Source of the DNA: Octopus sinensis
Lineage: Eukaryota
Direction of reading: 5' to 3'
DNA: 29,672 nucleotides
Assembly (NCBI RefSeq): GCF_006345805.1
Contig: NW_021832932.1
Coordinates: 1 to 29,672 of the forward strand
The notes below the pieces were generated by a model. That model worked only from the letters and a program-made list of their open reading frames with translations, did not search any database and was not told the DNA's origin. The translations under genes were made by a program, and so were the position numbers. Positions 11,375-23,392 of this stretch are shown here, piece after piece. The first letter of the stretch is position 1. The number at the start of each line of letters is the position of its first letter.

Positions 11375-13077
11375 AATTATTGTATACAGTGCTCAAGTGC
11401 ACCACAACTTGTCAGAAAGTGCATATAAAGTATATGCAGTAATGTAAAAATGTCTGGAAAGTGAACAATGTATGAGTCAGATACATGCTTGTGTGTGTAT
11501 GGAGGGGAGAAAATCAAGTGTAGTGTTGGCGAATCTCAGGAAGCATGGAAGTTTTGAAGATGCAGTGCTCCGACAACTAACAACTGATGCCGGCAGTTTA
11601 TTCCATGCTTCAGCAACTCTCAGCGTGAAAAAATGTTTCCTGAAGTCATGGGAGCTGTGCTGTTTTCTTACTTTGTAAATATGTCCACGGGTGTTAGATG
11701 GGTGGAGTTTGAAAAGGTGCTCAGAGTTATTGTTTGTACGATGGTTGATAATTTTATGGATGTCTGCCAAGTCAGCTTCCAGACGTCGGAGTTTCAATGT
11801 GTCTATGCCCAGGGAAGTAAGGCGTTCAGGATATGGCAAATGCCTGATGGAGGGTATTCTTTTGGTTGCACGTCGCTGAACAGCTTTCAGACGATTGATA
11901 TCCTGGGCAAGATAGGGGTTCTAGACCGGTGATGCAAATTCCAGGTGAGGTCTTACCATAGCTATATAAAGCCGCAGATAGATAGCCGGAGAGCGGCTCA
12001 CAAAGGATTTGGTGAGTGATGCCAAGACACCCTCAGCCTTCTTGACAATTTCAGCGATGTGTTTTGTCCAACGCAAATCACTGTCGACAATAACACCCAG
12101 GTCACGTTCACATGAAGACTTTTTGAGACTAGTGTTGTGGAGGGAGTAGGTGGACGCTGGGTTTCTACTCCCAAAATGCATGGTGGTACATTTGTCCACA
12201 GCCAGCTTGAGTTGCCAGTCCATGATCCACTGCTGCATTGTGTCCAGGTCTGCTTGCAATAGAGATCTATAGTTTACAGGATTTGACCTCTTTATTTCGA
12301 GGTACAGCTTGATGTCATCTGCATATTTCAGCACTGTGGCATTCTTTAAGTAGGCATCTATGTCATTAACATATGCAACAAATAAAAGGGGGCCAAGAAC
12401 AGATCCCTGTGGTACACCAGATGTCATCTCATAGGGCGAAGAGTGCTGTCCTAGAACTGTGACAACCTCTTTTCGGCTGAAAATAAAGGACTTCAACCAG
12501 TTATAGAGTTCGTCTCTTACACCCAACGCAGAAAGCTTCACCATAAGTCTTTTGTGTGGCACAGAGTTAAAAGCCTTAGCGAAGTCCAGGTAAACAACAT
12601 CCACCCAGGATCCACGATCAGTGATTTGGGTAACGTCCTCAAGAAACTCGATGAGTTGATTACAGCAGCTGGAGTTAGGAATAAATCCGAATTGTGACGG
12701 CTGGATGAGGCTGTGAGACTTCCAGAAGTTCCAGAGGGTTTCTCTGATACAGGATTCCATCAGTTTGGCGATGCAGCTAGTAAGACTGATGGGGCAATAG
12801 TTGACAGGCGATGTGCGGTCGCCTTTTTTTAACAGAGGGATGACACTGGCAGTTTTCCACTGTTCTGGAGTAACACCATTGTCGAGACAGAATTGGAAGA
12901 ATAGAAAAAGTTGGCTTAGAAGAAAGTACCCACCGCGTTTGAGAAGTAGGTATGTAACACCATCGAGACCAGGAGAGGCATAATTGCGTTTATTCTTAAG
13001 GTGGCGTTGCAGCATTGCTGGTGTAAATTGCATAGTAGATATAGAGTCCGATGTCAGTGGTGATGAAGATGGAATTA

Positions 13078-13078
<1 letters not shown>
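11351..13078 (-). mobile_element. CR1-clade LINE, 5'-truncated (1.7 kb), young
   Basis: RT ORF plus C-terminal CR1 motifs (LPYPERL, TRGH, FFTLRV..WNKLP), a 3' UTR and an (ATT)n tail at 11351-11372. Flanked by (TA)n on both sides. Confidence 0.95.
11514..13033 (-). pseudogene. CR1 ORF2 reverse transcriptase domain (no endonuclease), nearly intact
   Basis: ORF 11921-13033 has SPGLDG, QFGF, YLDFAKAFNSVPH, GVPQGSVLGPLLF, YADD and RDLGV. TAG at 11921-11923 replaces the conserved W of PV-W-NP and the frame continues. There is a 1-bp deletion near 11550 relative to the second copy. Confidence 0.93.
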
Positions 13079-13759
<681 letters not shown>

Positions 13760-13760
<1 letters not shown>

Positions 13761-14186
13761 AATAATAATAATAATGAAATTAATTGTATACAATGCTCAA
13801 GTGCACCACAACTTGTCAGAAAGTGCATATAAAGTATATGCAGTAATGTAGAAATGTCTGGAAAGCGAACAATGTATGAGTCAGATACATGCTTGTGTGT
13901 GTATGGAGGGGAGAAAATCAAGTGTAGTGTTGGCGAATCTCAGGAAGCATGGAAGTTTTGAAGGATGCAGTGCTCCGACAACTAACAACTGATGCCGGCA
14001 GTTTGTTCCACGCTTCAGCAACTCTCAGCGTGAAAAAATGTTTCCTGAAGTCATGGGAGCTGTGCTGTTTTCTTACTTTGTAAATATGTCCACGGGTGTT
14101 CGATGGGTGGAGTTTGAAAAGGTGCTCAGAGTTATTGTTTGTACAATGGTTGATATTTTTATGGGTGTCTGCCAAGTCAGCTGCCA
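13760..14186 (-). mobile_element. Second CR1 copy, 3' ~425 bp only (~97% identical to 11351-11775)
   Basis: Twelve differences counted over ~412 bp. It has an (ATT)n tail, and the ORF2 C-terminus is intact to the stop at 13918-13920. Confidence 0.95.
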
Positions 14187-14316
14187 ATATATATATATAT
14201 ATATGTATATATATAATATATATATATATCTATATATATATATATTATATATACACATATATATATACATATATATGTATATATATATATACACATATAT
14301 GTATTTATATATATAT

Positions 14317-14366
<50 letters not shown>

Positions 14367-14372
14367 TGTGTG

Positions 14373-14452
<80 letters not shown>

Positions 14453-14508
14453 TATATATACGTATATATATATGTATGTATATATACATATATATATATA
14501 TATACACA

Positions 14509-14546
<38 letters not shown>

Positions 14547-14568
14547 CATATATATATATATGTGTGTG

Positions 14569-14610
<42 letters not shown>

Positions 14611-14625
14611 ACATATATATATACA
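14187..14625. repeat. (TA)n-rich microsatellite, ~440 bp
   Basis: Direct reading. Confidence 0.97.
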
Positions 14626-15874
14626 TAAAGGAGTTTCACCTTTACCAGTATTATATTACTCTTCAAAAAACAGGTGGATGAATGAACACTTGTTCACAGA
14701 ATGGTTCATCCAAGAATTTGTGCCAGCTGAACAAAAGCGCTCTCACAAATGTGGTAAACCTGATTCAAAGTGCCTGCAGCTATTACACAATTGCAGAGCA
14801 CATCCTCACGACACAAAACTAGTGTCATCGTGTGGGAATGTTTTTACGTGCTACTTACCACCGAATGTGACATCTCTCATTCAACCTCTGGAGCAAGGGA
14901 TTATTTGGAGCTTAAAACGTTTCTACAGAAATGATTTCAAGATGAATATGATAAATAGCAATGTTAGTATAGGCAATTTCCAGTGCAATTTTACCATCAA
15001 AGATGCCATTTTTTCCCTTGCAAGTGCATGGAATCAGGTTTGAGCAGGCACATTAACAGAAGCGTGGGGGAAATTATACCCAGTGTCTTGTGCTCCTAAA
15101 GTGAAAGAAGCAGAAAATGTATCTGGAGTACAAAATATTCTTGAAAGTAGAGGATTTCCAACCAAACACACCGTTCTTCAATCACTTGATGCAAATGGAA
15201 TTGAAATGTGGGTTTGACAAGATGAAGAAAACACTGAACAATGTCCTGAAGACAATATTGGTCATGAAATTAGTGACAGCAATGGCTCCCATTCGAGTGA
15301 ATCTTATGTAAATGGCCAAGAACACTCTAATGAGGAAATATCATGGGATAAGATGACAGAAAAGTCTATGGAGATAGTGATAAAATTTCTAGAAAGAAAT
15401 CCTTACTTTAGTGACAACTATTTTTGGCAAGCAATGTCACTTTGAAAGGATATGATCATAAAGAGACTACAGCACGAGGAAATAGTGGAGTTTTTTGTGA
15501 TCGCTTGAGGAATGCAATGGCAGACCCCGTCAGTTTGATAAATGAAGACAGAAACAAAAGTGAAGAAGCTCATTCAATGAACGCATAAAAGTATTCTACA
15601 TTGGTGATTGATTGTTAAATGCAGATAATTTATGTAATAAATACCTAACAATTAACATTTATTTAATTAGAAAAAAAATTTGAAAGTAAATTAACATTAT
15701 TTAATATTAATTTATTTTCAAATTTTTTCCCCCCAAGCAATGATATTTAACAATTCTTTAAAATATATAATGTGCTCATCTTAATATATACATTAAATAC
15801 TAGAAGGGGTACCCGGAAATGTAAGAGGAAATATTTTCAACATAGCACACATTCGAATTAGAGGAGTTCTACTG
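14626..15874 (+). mobile_element. Tigger/pogo-family DNA transposon, 5'-truncated, DDE_1 transposase pseudogene
   Basis: [37 protein letters not shown] (catalytic D>H), [24 protein letters not shown] (D>E). Stop at 15041-15043 with homology continuing. The 3' TIR TTCGAATTAGAGGAGTTCTACTG ends at 15874, followed by TA. Confidence 0.9.
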
Positions 15875-15886
15875 TATATACATACA

Positions 15887-16000
15887 GGTGGAGGTGCATG
15901 GCTTAGTGGTTAGGGTGTTGGACTCATGATCGTAAGACTGCTGTTTCGATTCTTGTACCAGGTGATGCTTTGTGTTCTTGACCAAAACACTTCATTTCAC
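15887..16000 (+). mobile_element. tRNA-derived SINE family C, head only
   Basis: A box TGGCTTAGTGG and B box GTTTCGATTC. Related copies lie on the minus strand at 19305-19515 and 24465-24712. Confidence 0.75.
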
Positions 16001-16129
16001 TCAAAAATGAATTACCATAAAAACCCATGTAATTTGCGCACCTGTGTAATTTACGCAGGTGATTTTTAGGATAAAATTTGTTAGAAAAAGCTTCTGCTCA
16101 TGTAAAATTCTCACCCAAAAGTTTTCAGA

Positions 16130-16227
16130 ATTTCTGGCGAGACAGCTGCAGGAGAAATGCCCAGCCAAAGATAAGCCCCTGTAAATTGGCTTTCGTTGAC
16201 ATGGAGAAAGCCTTTGACAGGGTCCCC
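16130..16227 (+). mobile_element. ~100-bp RTE RT fragment
   Basis: Translates approximately RQLQEKCPAKDKPL.LAFVDMEKAFDRVP and is homologous to 10232-10305. Confidence 0.85.
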
Positions 16228-16477
16228 TTGTGTATAATACACACCCCTTTTCTAAATTGAGTCGTGCATAATTAAGCCAGCAGCACCTAGTCAAACAAAC
16301 ACTTCCGCGCATGCGTAATACAATAATGGTGATGTTCTTAACTGTTATATGGAATGTAAATATGTTTGCAAATTGTTTTTGTTATGGATTATTCTGTGTT
16401 CTGAATACTTTTATTTTAATAAATGTTGCTTATTGCAAGTTATAGATGATTCTTCATTGCTTTCAGGCTTAGCTTAA

Positions 16478-17550
16478 CCCTTTCGTTACTATATTTCTGA
16501 CCAAAATACACCCCTTATGTGTTTCAATTAATTTCTAACGTAATCATAAATTTAGTCTGGTTTCATCAAACAACTATAACTTTTTTATTTATCAATATAT
16601 TAACATGAATTTTGGAAGATAATTTAATGAAATGTTCTCAACCAATTCTATACTATAATTTTTGTCACAAAGTGACTCTAATTGCAGGTAAATACAGGTA
16701 AATTCAACAATATATAAAATTATTAAAATTTTGTTCAAACATCGCTATAGAAAATGGGTTTTTAGCTAATATTCAATTGGGTATACAACAAAATTTTACG
16801 ATAGAATTTGTTATTCTTGGTAACTTTCTGATACCCATAATAATATTTATGGCAAAATAGGCCTTAATTTCATTTTAGGTTGTGGGAAATAACAAACTAT
16901 CCTTTCTTTCGCTTTGTTTACGTTTAGCGTAACGGTTCGTTTCCGCCGTAATGATTTCAAATAGGCTCATTCGAAAAAGTAAAAAGAAATAGTTTAAGGC
17001 TTTACTCTTCTGGGAAAGTCTGTGGCTTGGTCCAGTTTCTTCAGAAAAATCACCGAAAGAAACAGTTTTTAAATTTTCACTCCATTCAGGTGCCAATTCA
17101 TTTTCTTTATCGCTGTCGGAGCTCTCAAATTCACTGTTTTCACTTTCGGAAAATGAAACAGATTCATTATCAAATACCACATGCTTTTTTTTTCAGTCAT
17201 AGAATTAGATTTATGAAGGTCTTCAGTAGAAAATCCTTCGAATTCTGACTCGCTGCTTGATATAATGAAATTCGTATCCATTTTTTGTCAGAATTACAAA
17301 TTTTGAAAACACAATAGGAAGAAATTTCGGAAAAAAATCTCCCATAATTCACGGAATTAAAATTACACTTCGATTATTGTTCAAAACTGTAGTTGAACTC
17401 TTTACGAAGTATAATACGTGTTTTCACGAATGTACTAAAGAGATTTGCTCTGATATTCTCATTTAAATATGAATAGGTAAATTCGGGCGGTTTGGGGCGG
17501 CTTGGTCACATTAACCAAAATTTTTTTCGGGCGGTTTGGTAACGAAAGGG
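16478..17550 (-). mobile_element. piggyBac deletion derivative (1073 bp) with N-terminal transposase remnant
   Basis: TTAA TSDs at 16474-16477 and 17551-17554, and perfect 12-bp TIRs CCCTTTCGTTAC. The minus strand encodes an acidic N-terminus, then FSEETGP..ALNYFFLLF..FEIITAETNRYA and, past a stop, NEIKAYFAINIIMGIRKLPRI (~16800-17281). Confidence 0.93.
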
Positions 17551-17749
17551 TTAAGGCATTTTCATGCCCGACATCACAAAATGCGTCTGAATAAACATTG
17601 CCAGACAGCAAATAGAGACTCGGACATTGCTTGGAAAATAGTTTTCAATTTTAACCTCGTATATAGTACGCACTAGGGATTTTGACCTTTATGTTTTGGG
17701 AAAAAAAAGGGGATTATAGTCGAGGATTTACGGTTTATATATATATATA

Positions 17750-18150
17750 TGCAGAAGTGGCTCTGTAGTAAGAAACTTGAATGTGGTTGCTTCTCAACCA
17801 CATTATTGTAGGTTCAGTCCCATTGCTTGGTACCTTGGGCAAGTGTTTTCTACTAAAGCATTGGGCTAATTAAATATGTGTGAGTGGATTTGGTAGACTG
17901 AACTGAAAGAAGACCAACCCTAAACCTAATTTTTGTATTTGTGCCTTGCCACTGCTTGACAATCCATGGCAGTGTGTTCATGTCCCCGTAACTTAGTGGT
18001 TTGTCAAAAGGGACCAATAGAATAAGTACTGCACTGACAAAGAAAATAAGTGTAGGGTGAATCGATTTGACAAGCAAAGAATACCCCAAGGCAGTGCCCC
18101 AGCATGGCCACAATCTAATGACTGAATCAAGTAAAATATTGAAATATACA
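17750..18150 (+). mobile_element. tRNA-derived SINE family B
   Basis: GGTTCAGTCCCA..CCTTGGGCAAGTG..GATTTGGTAGAC..CCCCGTAACTTAG..CCAGCATGGCCACA tail. Confidence 0.85.
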
Positions 18151-18184
18151 CACATATACATAAATACATACATAAGTACATGCT

Positions 18185-18620
18185 AATATGATCTGGCAGA
18201 GTTTCTAAAGCTGGATGCCCTTCCTAACACCAACCATTCCGAGAGTATAGCGGGTGCTTTTACGTGTCACTGGAACGAGGGCCAGTCAGGCAGTACTGGC
18301 ATTGACCACGCTCAAATGGTGCTTTTTACATGCCACCTGCACAGGAGCTAGTCAAGCAATGCTGGCAACGGCCATGCTTGAATGGTGCTTTTTACATTCC
18401 ACCGGCACCAGAGTCGGTTAGGTGGCACTGGCATCAATCATGCTCAAATGGTGCTTTTAACGTTCTACTGGCACGGGTTCCAGTCAGGCAGTACTGTCAT
18501 TGGCCATGATAACAATATCACATGCCTCAACAGGTCTTCGCAAGTGGAGACCATTGCCCAATAATTGAAGGGTACTCTTAAATAGGCTGGTTATGCAGCA
18601 TTGGCATAGGCCATGGTTAT
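18185..18620 (-). mobile_element. Family D retroposon with four 65-66-bp internal tandem units
   Basis: GCTGGATGCCCTTCCTAAC, with GGTGCTTTT units at 18253, 18318, 18384 and 18450. Confidence 0.8.
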
Positions 18621-18764
18621 GTATGTATGTATATATATATAAATATATATATAATTGCATGGCAATTTTTAACATTTATGTATTAGTCTTGTTGGGTACC
18701 TCTCTAGCAGTATATTGGATATATGTTATCCCATGGTGGGTTGAATTTTCAACCCCTATCTCAT

Positions 18765-18956
<192 letters not shown>

Positions 18957-19266
18957 CTACATGTATATAAGTTAGAGAAGAAGTACCATGTAACATTTAC
19001 CTAGAACTAAATTATGTACTATTTATTTATTATTTTGTACTTTATTTAGTTCTACATAAATGTTTTATCGTATCTTTAATTTTTTCCTACATGGTATGAT
19101 TTAAGTATATCATTGCTGAATTGCTACATGGTGGTTCTTCTCTGATTTACATACATGCATCATATATTGTGAAATTTGATTTAGTATTACTAAATTGAAT
19201 TTCTCCCTGTAAGTTAGGAATCATATTCCCTAATGTTATTATATATATATATATATATACATATAT

Positions 19267-19299
<33 letters not shown>

Positions 19300-19304
19300 G
19301 ATAT

Positions 19305-19515
19305 GAGATTAAAGCTTTCTCAAGGCATTAACTTAAAAAGATGGTTTCCCGGATTCTGTAGCGTATATATTTCCCCGCAGAATAGGAAGGTGGGCCATCG
19401 CTGGATTGCTCATTTTTATCAGCTAATTAGTTTGGGGTAAGTGGAGTGAAGGGTTTTGCTCAAGAAAGTAATCTCTCACCCAATCCAGGAAGAGAAACTT
19501 CGATCTTAAGAAAGA
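19305..19515 (-). mobile_element. SINE family C
   Basis: Aligns with 24465-24712 and with the reverse complement of the head at 15887. Confidence 0.75.
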
Positions 19516-19771
19516 CTCACATGCAGGCACACCTACACATGTATACATATATATATATATAAATATATATATAAATATATATATATATATAAATATATAT
19601 ATTTATATATATATACACACACACACTCACACACAAATATACACCTTTATATATTCATACACATAAATACATACATGTTCACACCCACAGTTATATATAT
19701 ATATGCATAATTGTACTGAGAAAATGTTTTTCAATTGAAATTTTCCCAGGCCACTTGTTGACTCTGTTTAA

Positions 19772-19991
19772 CCCATTAGTGTTTAAACCGGCTGTATCCG
19801 GCCCAAATATTCTACACATTTATTGCTCAAACTGGCCAGAACATGCATCTCACACCTACCCTGCAATGTCACTCCAAAAATAAGCAATTACATCTTTCCT
19901 ATCTTGAAGGTACAAAATAATATCAGATAATTTTTTTTAAATGTGAATAAATAAGGATTACTTTTGACAAATTAATCTGAACGCTAAAGGG
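19772..19991. mobile_element. piggyBac-type MITE (220 bp)
   Basis: TTAA at 19768-19771 and 19992-19995. TIRs CCCATTAGTGTT and reverse-complement CCCTTTAGCGTT (10/12). Absent from the paralogous segment near 24985. Confidence 0.88.
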
Positions 19992-20215
19992 TTAAGCCAA
20001 ACAAAAGCTTTCTAAGAAAGTGTTTCATGTGAATGCTTATCCAAGTGTAAATAACACCAATTAGCAATTTTGACTTTGCATTCAGACACAAAATCGATTC
20101 ATTGAATGTATCTCTTTGCAATTTGGGATTTCCAAACATATACACTCATCCACCCATTTATACACACCCACATACATACATTCATTCTTATAACAACAAA
20201 CAACTTCAATTGTCT

Positions 20216-20672
20216 ATATCTTTTATTCTTTACTTGTTTAAGACTGTGGCCATGCTGGGGCACTGCTTTCAAGAAGATTTTGCTAAATTTATCAACCTGA
20301 GAACTTAATATTTTAAAACTTGGGGCTTATTCTAAGGGTCTCTTTTGCCAAACCGTTAACTGATGGGGACATAAACACACACTCACCGGTTGCCAAGCAG
20401 TGAGAGGGGGAACAGACATAGACACAGATACACACTCACAGGCAGATGCACACAGATACACGCTCAGATGCACACACGTACACATATGGTTTTGTATATA
20501 TGTACACATATATGAGGTGGGCTTCTTTTAGTTTCCCTTTACCAAATCCAAACAAGTGTTTAATCACTCTGTCACTATCGTGGAAGACACTTGCTGAAGG
20601 TGCCACACAATGGGACTGAACCCAGAACCATGTGGTTGCGAAGCACATTTCTTACTACACAGACATGCCTGT
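20216..20672 (-). mobile_element. SINE family B
   Basis: Reverse complement of the family B tail (TGTGGCCATGCTGGGG) through the head (GGGACTGAACCC..CCATGTGGTTG). Confidence 0.85.
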
Positions 20673-20704
20673 ACACACACACACACATAGCTTTTATTTC
20701 CATA

Positions 20705-20839
20705 ATAAGTTTACTTCCCAAGCACATGGTTCAGGGTTCAGTCCCACTACATGGCACCTTGGGCAAGTGACTGCTACTCTAACCTCAGGCCAACCAAGGC
20801 TTTGTGATTAGATTTGGTAGACGGAAACTGATAGAAGAC

Positions 20840-20887
<48 letters not shown>

Positions 20888-21120
20888 ATGTATGTATGTG
20901 TGTGTGTGTGTGTGTGTGTGTCTTCACGTCTGTGTGTGTTTTGGTGTGTCTCTGTCCTTGTACCTAAGCAGTTCAGCAAAAGGTACCAATAGAATAAGTT
21001 CCAGACAAAGAAATGAAATATGTGCAGAGTCAGTCCATTTGAATGGCAAAGAATACCCCAAGGTGGTGCCTCAGCTTGGCCGTAGTTTAATGACTGCAGG
21101 ATCCAGTAAAAGATCAACAT
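20705..21120 (+). mobile_element. SINE family B
   Basis: GGGTTCAGTCCCACT..CCTTGGGCAAGTG..GATTTGGTAGACGGAAACTG, internal (TA)/(TG) tract and tail. Confidence 0.85.
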
Positions 21121-21199
21121 ACACATACAAGTAAATATATTTACATGGTTATGTTCACACATATGTTAATATATGTGTATATATATATATCTTTTCTCC

Positions 21200-21592
21200 C
21201 TTTTTCTCTCGTTTACTTGTTTCAGTCTTTTGACTGTGGCCATGCTGGAGCACCGCCTTCAAGTAGAGTAAATCGACCCCAGGACTTATTCTTTGTAAGC
21301 CTAGTACTTATTCTATCAGTCTCTTTTGCTGAACCGCTAAGTTACGGGGACATAAACACACCAGCATTGGTTGTCAAGCAATGGTGGGGGGACAAACATA
21401 TACACACATACATATATATATATACATATATACGACGGGCTTCTTCCAGTTTCCGTCTACCAAATTCACTCACAAGGCTTTGGTCATCCCGAGGCTATAG
21501 TAGAAGACACTTGCCCAAGGTGCCATGCAGTGGGACTGAACACAGAACCATGTGGTTGGTAAGCAATCTACTGACCAAACAGCCACTTCTAC
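21200..21592 (-). mobile_element. SINE family B, well preserved
   Basis: TTACTTGTTTCAGTC..GGCCATGCTGGAGCACCGCC..GACACTTGCCCAAGGTGCCA..GGGACTGAAC. Confidence 0.88.
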
Positions 21593-21760
21593 ATATATAT
21601 ATATGTGTGTGTGTATATATGCATATGTATGTGTGATAGACACTCCAATTGAAAACAACATACGAGCATCCATCTTTTGCCCAAAGGTCTGCAGAAACAA
21701 TTCCTTTACAGTGATGAAATGTTCATGCTATACTTTCACTCACTCTACTCATCAAATACA

Positions 21761-21800
<40 letters not shown>

Positions 21801-21960
21801 CATATATATACATATACATACATATACATATACATACATATACGTATACATATATATACATATACATACATATACATACATATATATACATATACATATA
21901 TATATATACATATACATATATATATATACGTATACATATATATATATACATATATATATA

Positions 21961-22204
21961 CTGTTGTGTCTGGGGAAAGTCATTCACTTTTAGTGCCTTA
22001 TTATTTAACACACTCACTGGTAAAATTTCCACTTATTTCTTATTTTTATTTTCTAAAATTTTCGTTGCGTCTTGCAACCTTTTCAATAGTCTTGACGCAA
22101 CGAAAATTTTGGAAAATAAAAATAAGAAATAAGTGGAAATTTTACCTGTGAGTGTGTTAAATAATAAGGCACTAAAAGTGAATGACTCTCCCCAGACACA
22201 ACAG
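21961..22204. repeat. Inverted repeat / fold-back: 111-bp arms, 22-nt spacer, 3 mismatches
   Basis: 21961-22071 is the reverse complement of 22094-22204. Confidence 0.97.
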
Positions 22205-22461
22205 AATATGCTTCAACACAAGAACTCACATAAAGAATCTTGCAAACCAAATCCAAAAACGAAATATATATATACACACATATATATACATACATACATA
22301 TGTGTGTGTGTATATATATATAAATAAATAATACATATAAATATATATGTATAAATATACATAATACGTGTGTGTGTGTGTGTATTTATATATATATATA
22401 TATATAATATATATATATATACACACACATATATATATACATATATATATATACATATATA

Positions 22462-22830
22462 TAAATTTTGGCATTGAAAGCTACACCAATGCCAGAACGG
22501 GACGACACTGCATAGTGCCAAAGATCCCAGCAATGCTATCGCACTTCGGGATTCAGGGGCCCACAGCTTTTTAATATTCTCCTAAAGAACCTGAAGAACT
22601 TGCACAAAGTAAATGTAGGAGATTTTAAATCAAAGCTGGACCTCTTCCTGTCGAGAGTCTCAGATGAACCTCCCTCACGTCAAGAGGTGTAAATAAGGGT
22701 GGCTACATCAAACTCCATTCTTTACCAAGTGCCACATATTGAAGGAGGCACTCAGTAATAACAGTGTAGCAAAACGGCAGTCGCTCCAGCATGGCCACAG
22801 CTCTGAGCTGAAACTACAGAAATAAAATAT
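22462..22830 (+). mobile_element. 3' end of a second CR1-clade LINE family
   Basis: [60 protein letters not shown], then a 3' tail GCTCCAGCATGGCCACAGCTCTGAGCTGAAACT. Confidence 0.85.
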
Positions 22831-22908
22831 ATATAATACATATGTGTGTGTTTTGATATTTACATATATATATATATATATATAATATATATATATATAA
22901 ATATTACA

Positions 22909-22953
<45 letters not shown>

Positions 22954-23087
22954 ATGAGGGTGTCTAAGAGACACCAACATGCCGAAATAGCAGTCGAAAC
23001 TCTGACTATAAAAACCACGTTAAGTGTTCATATCGCACCATGAGATAAGACAGAGGGACAAAATATACAAGCAAAAATTATTGAATA

Positions 23088-23146
23088 ATTCAAGATCCAG
23101 GATTTCTGGTTTTGCTTTAAATAAGCTTTACCGTCATCGGTTGAAT
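23088..23146 (-). ncRNA. Identical hammerhead-like motif on the opposite strand (left arm of the palindrome)
   Basis: Exact reverse complement of 23393-23451. Confidence 0.6.
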
Positions 23147-23392
23147 ATATCAAGAGTACATAAATACAGATATATATATGCAGAACAAACGATATACTTA
23201 CATACACGAACGCCCATACATAAATACATATGCACGTATGCACGCGGCCAGTTAAATTACCCGCCGAATCATCCCATAAGTACGATACTGGCCGCGTGCA
23301 TACGTGCATATGTATTTATGTATGGGCGTTCGTGTATGTAAGTATATCGTTTGTTCTGCATATATATATCTGTATTTATGTACTCTTGATAT

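Larger units (their letters stand above)
16014..17734. mobile_element. Probable pogo/Tigger-type non-autonomous element hosting nested insertions
   Basis: Right end reverse complement is ACCGTAAATCCTCGACTATAATCC. Left end is ACCATAAAAACCCATGTAATTTGCGCACC. The TIR match is only partial. Subterminal GTATAATAC(G/A)CACC-like motifs are present. Confidence 0.5.

Noticed and set aside
15887-15960. tRNA-like A/B boxes
   Set aside because: This is a SINE head with no complete cloverleaf or acceptor stem, so it is not a tRNA gene.
18250-18520. Regularly spaced repeats resembling a CRISPR array (also 28870-29300)
   Set aside because: The context is eukaryotic, whole units are similar rather than repeat plus unique spacer, and there are no cas genes.
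22950-23010. Hairpin GGTGTCT-AAG-AGACACC followed by GAAATAGCAGTC at the outer palindrome ends, resembling a hammerhead 3' half
   Set aside because: No CUGANGA core or stem I upstream in either arm, and the hairpin is not adjacent to GAAA.
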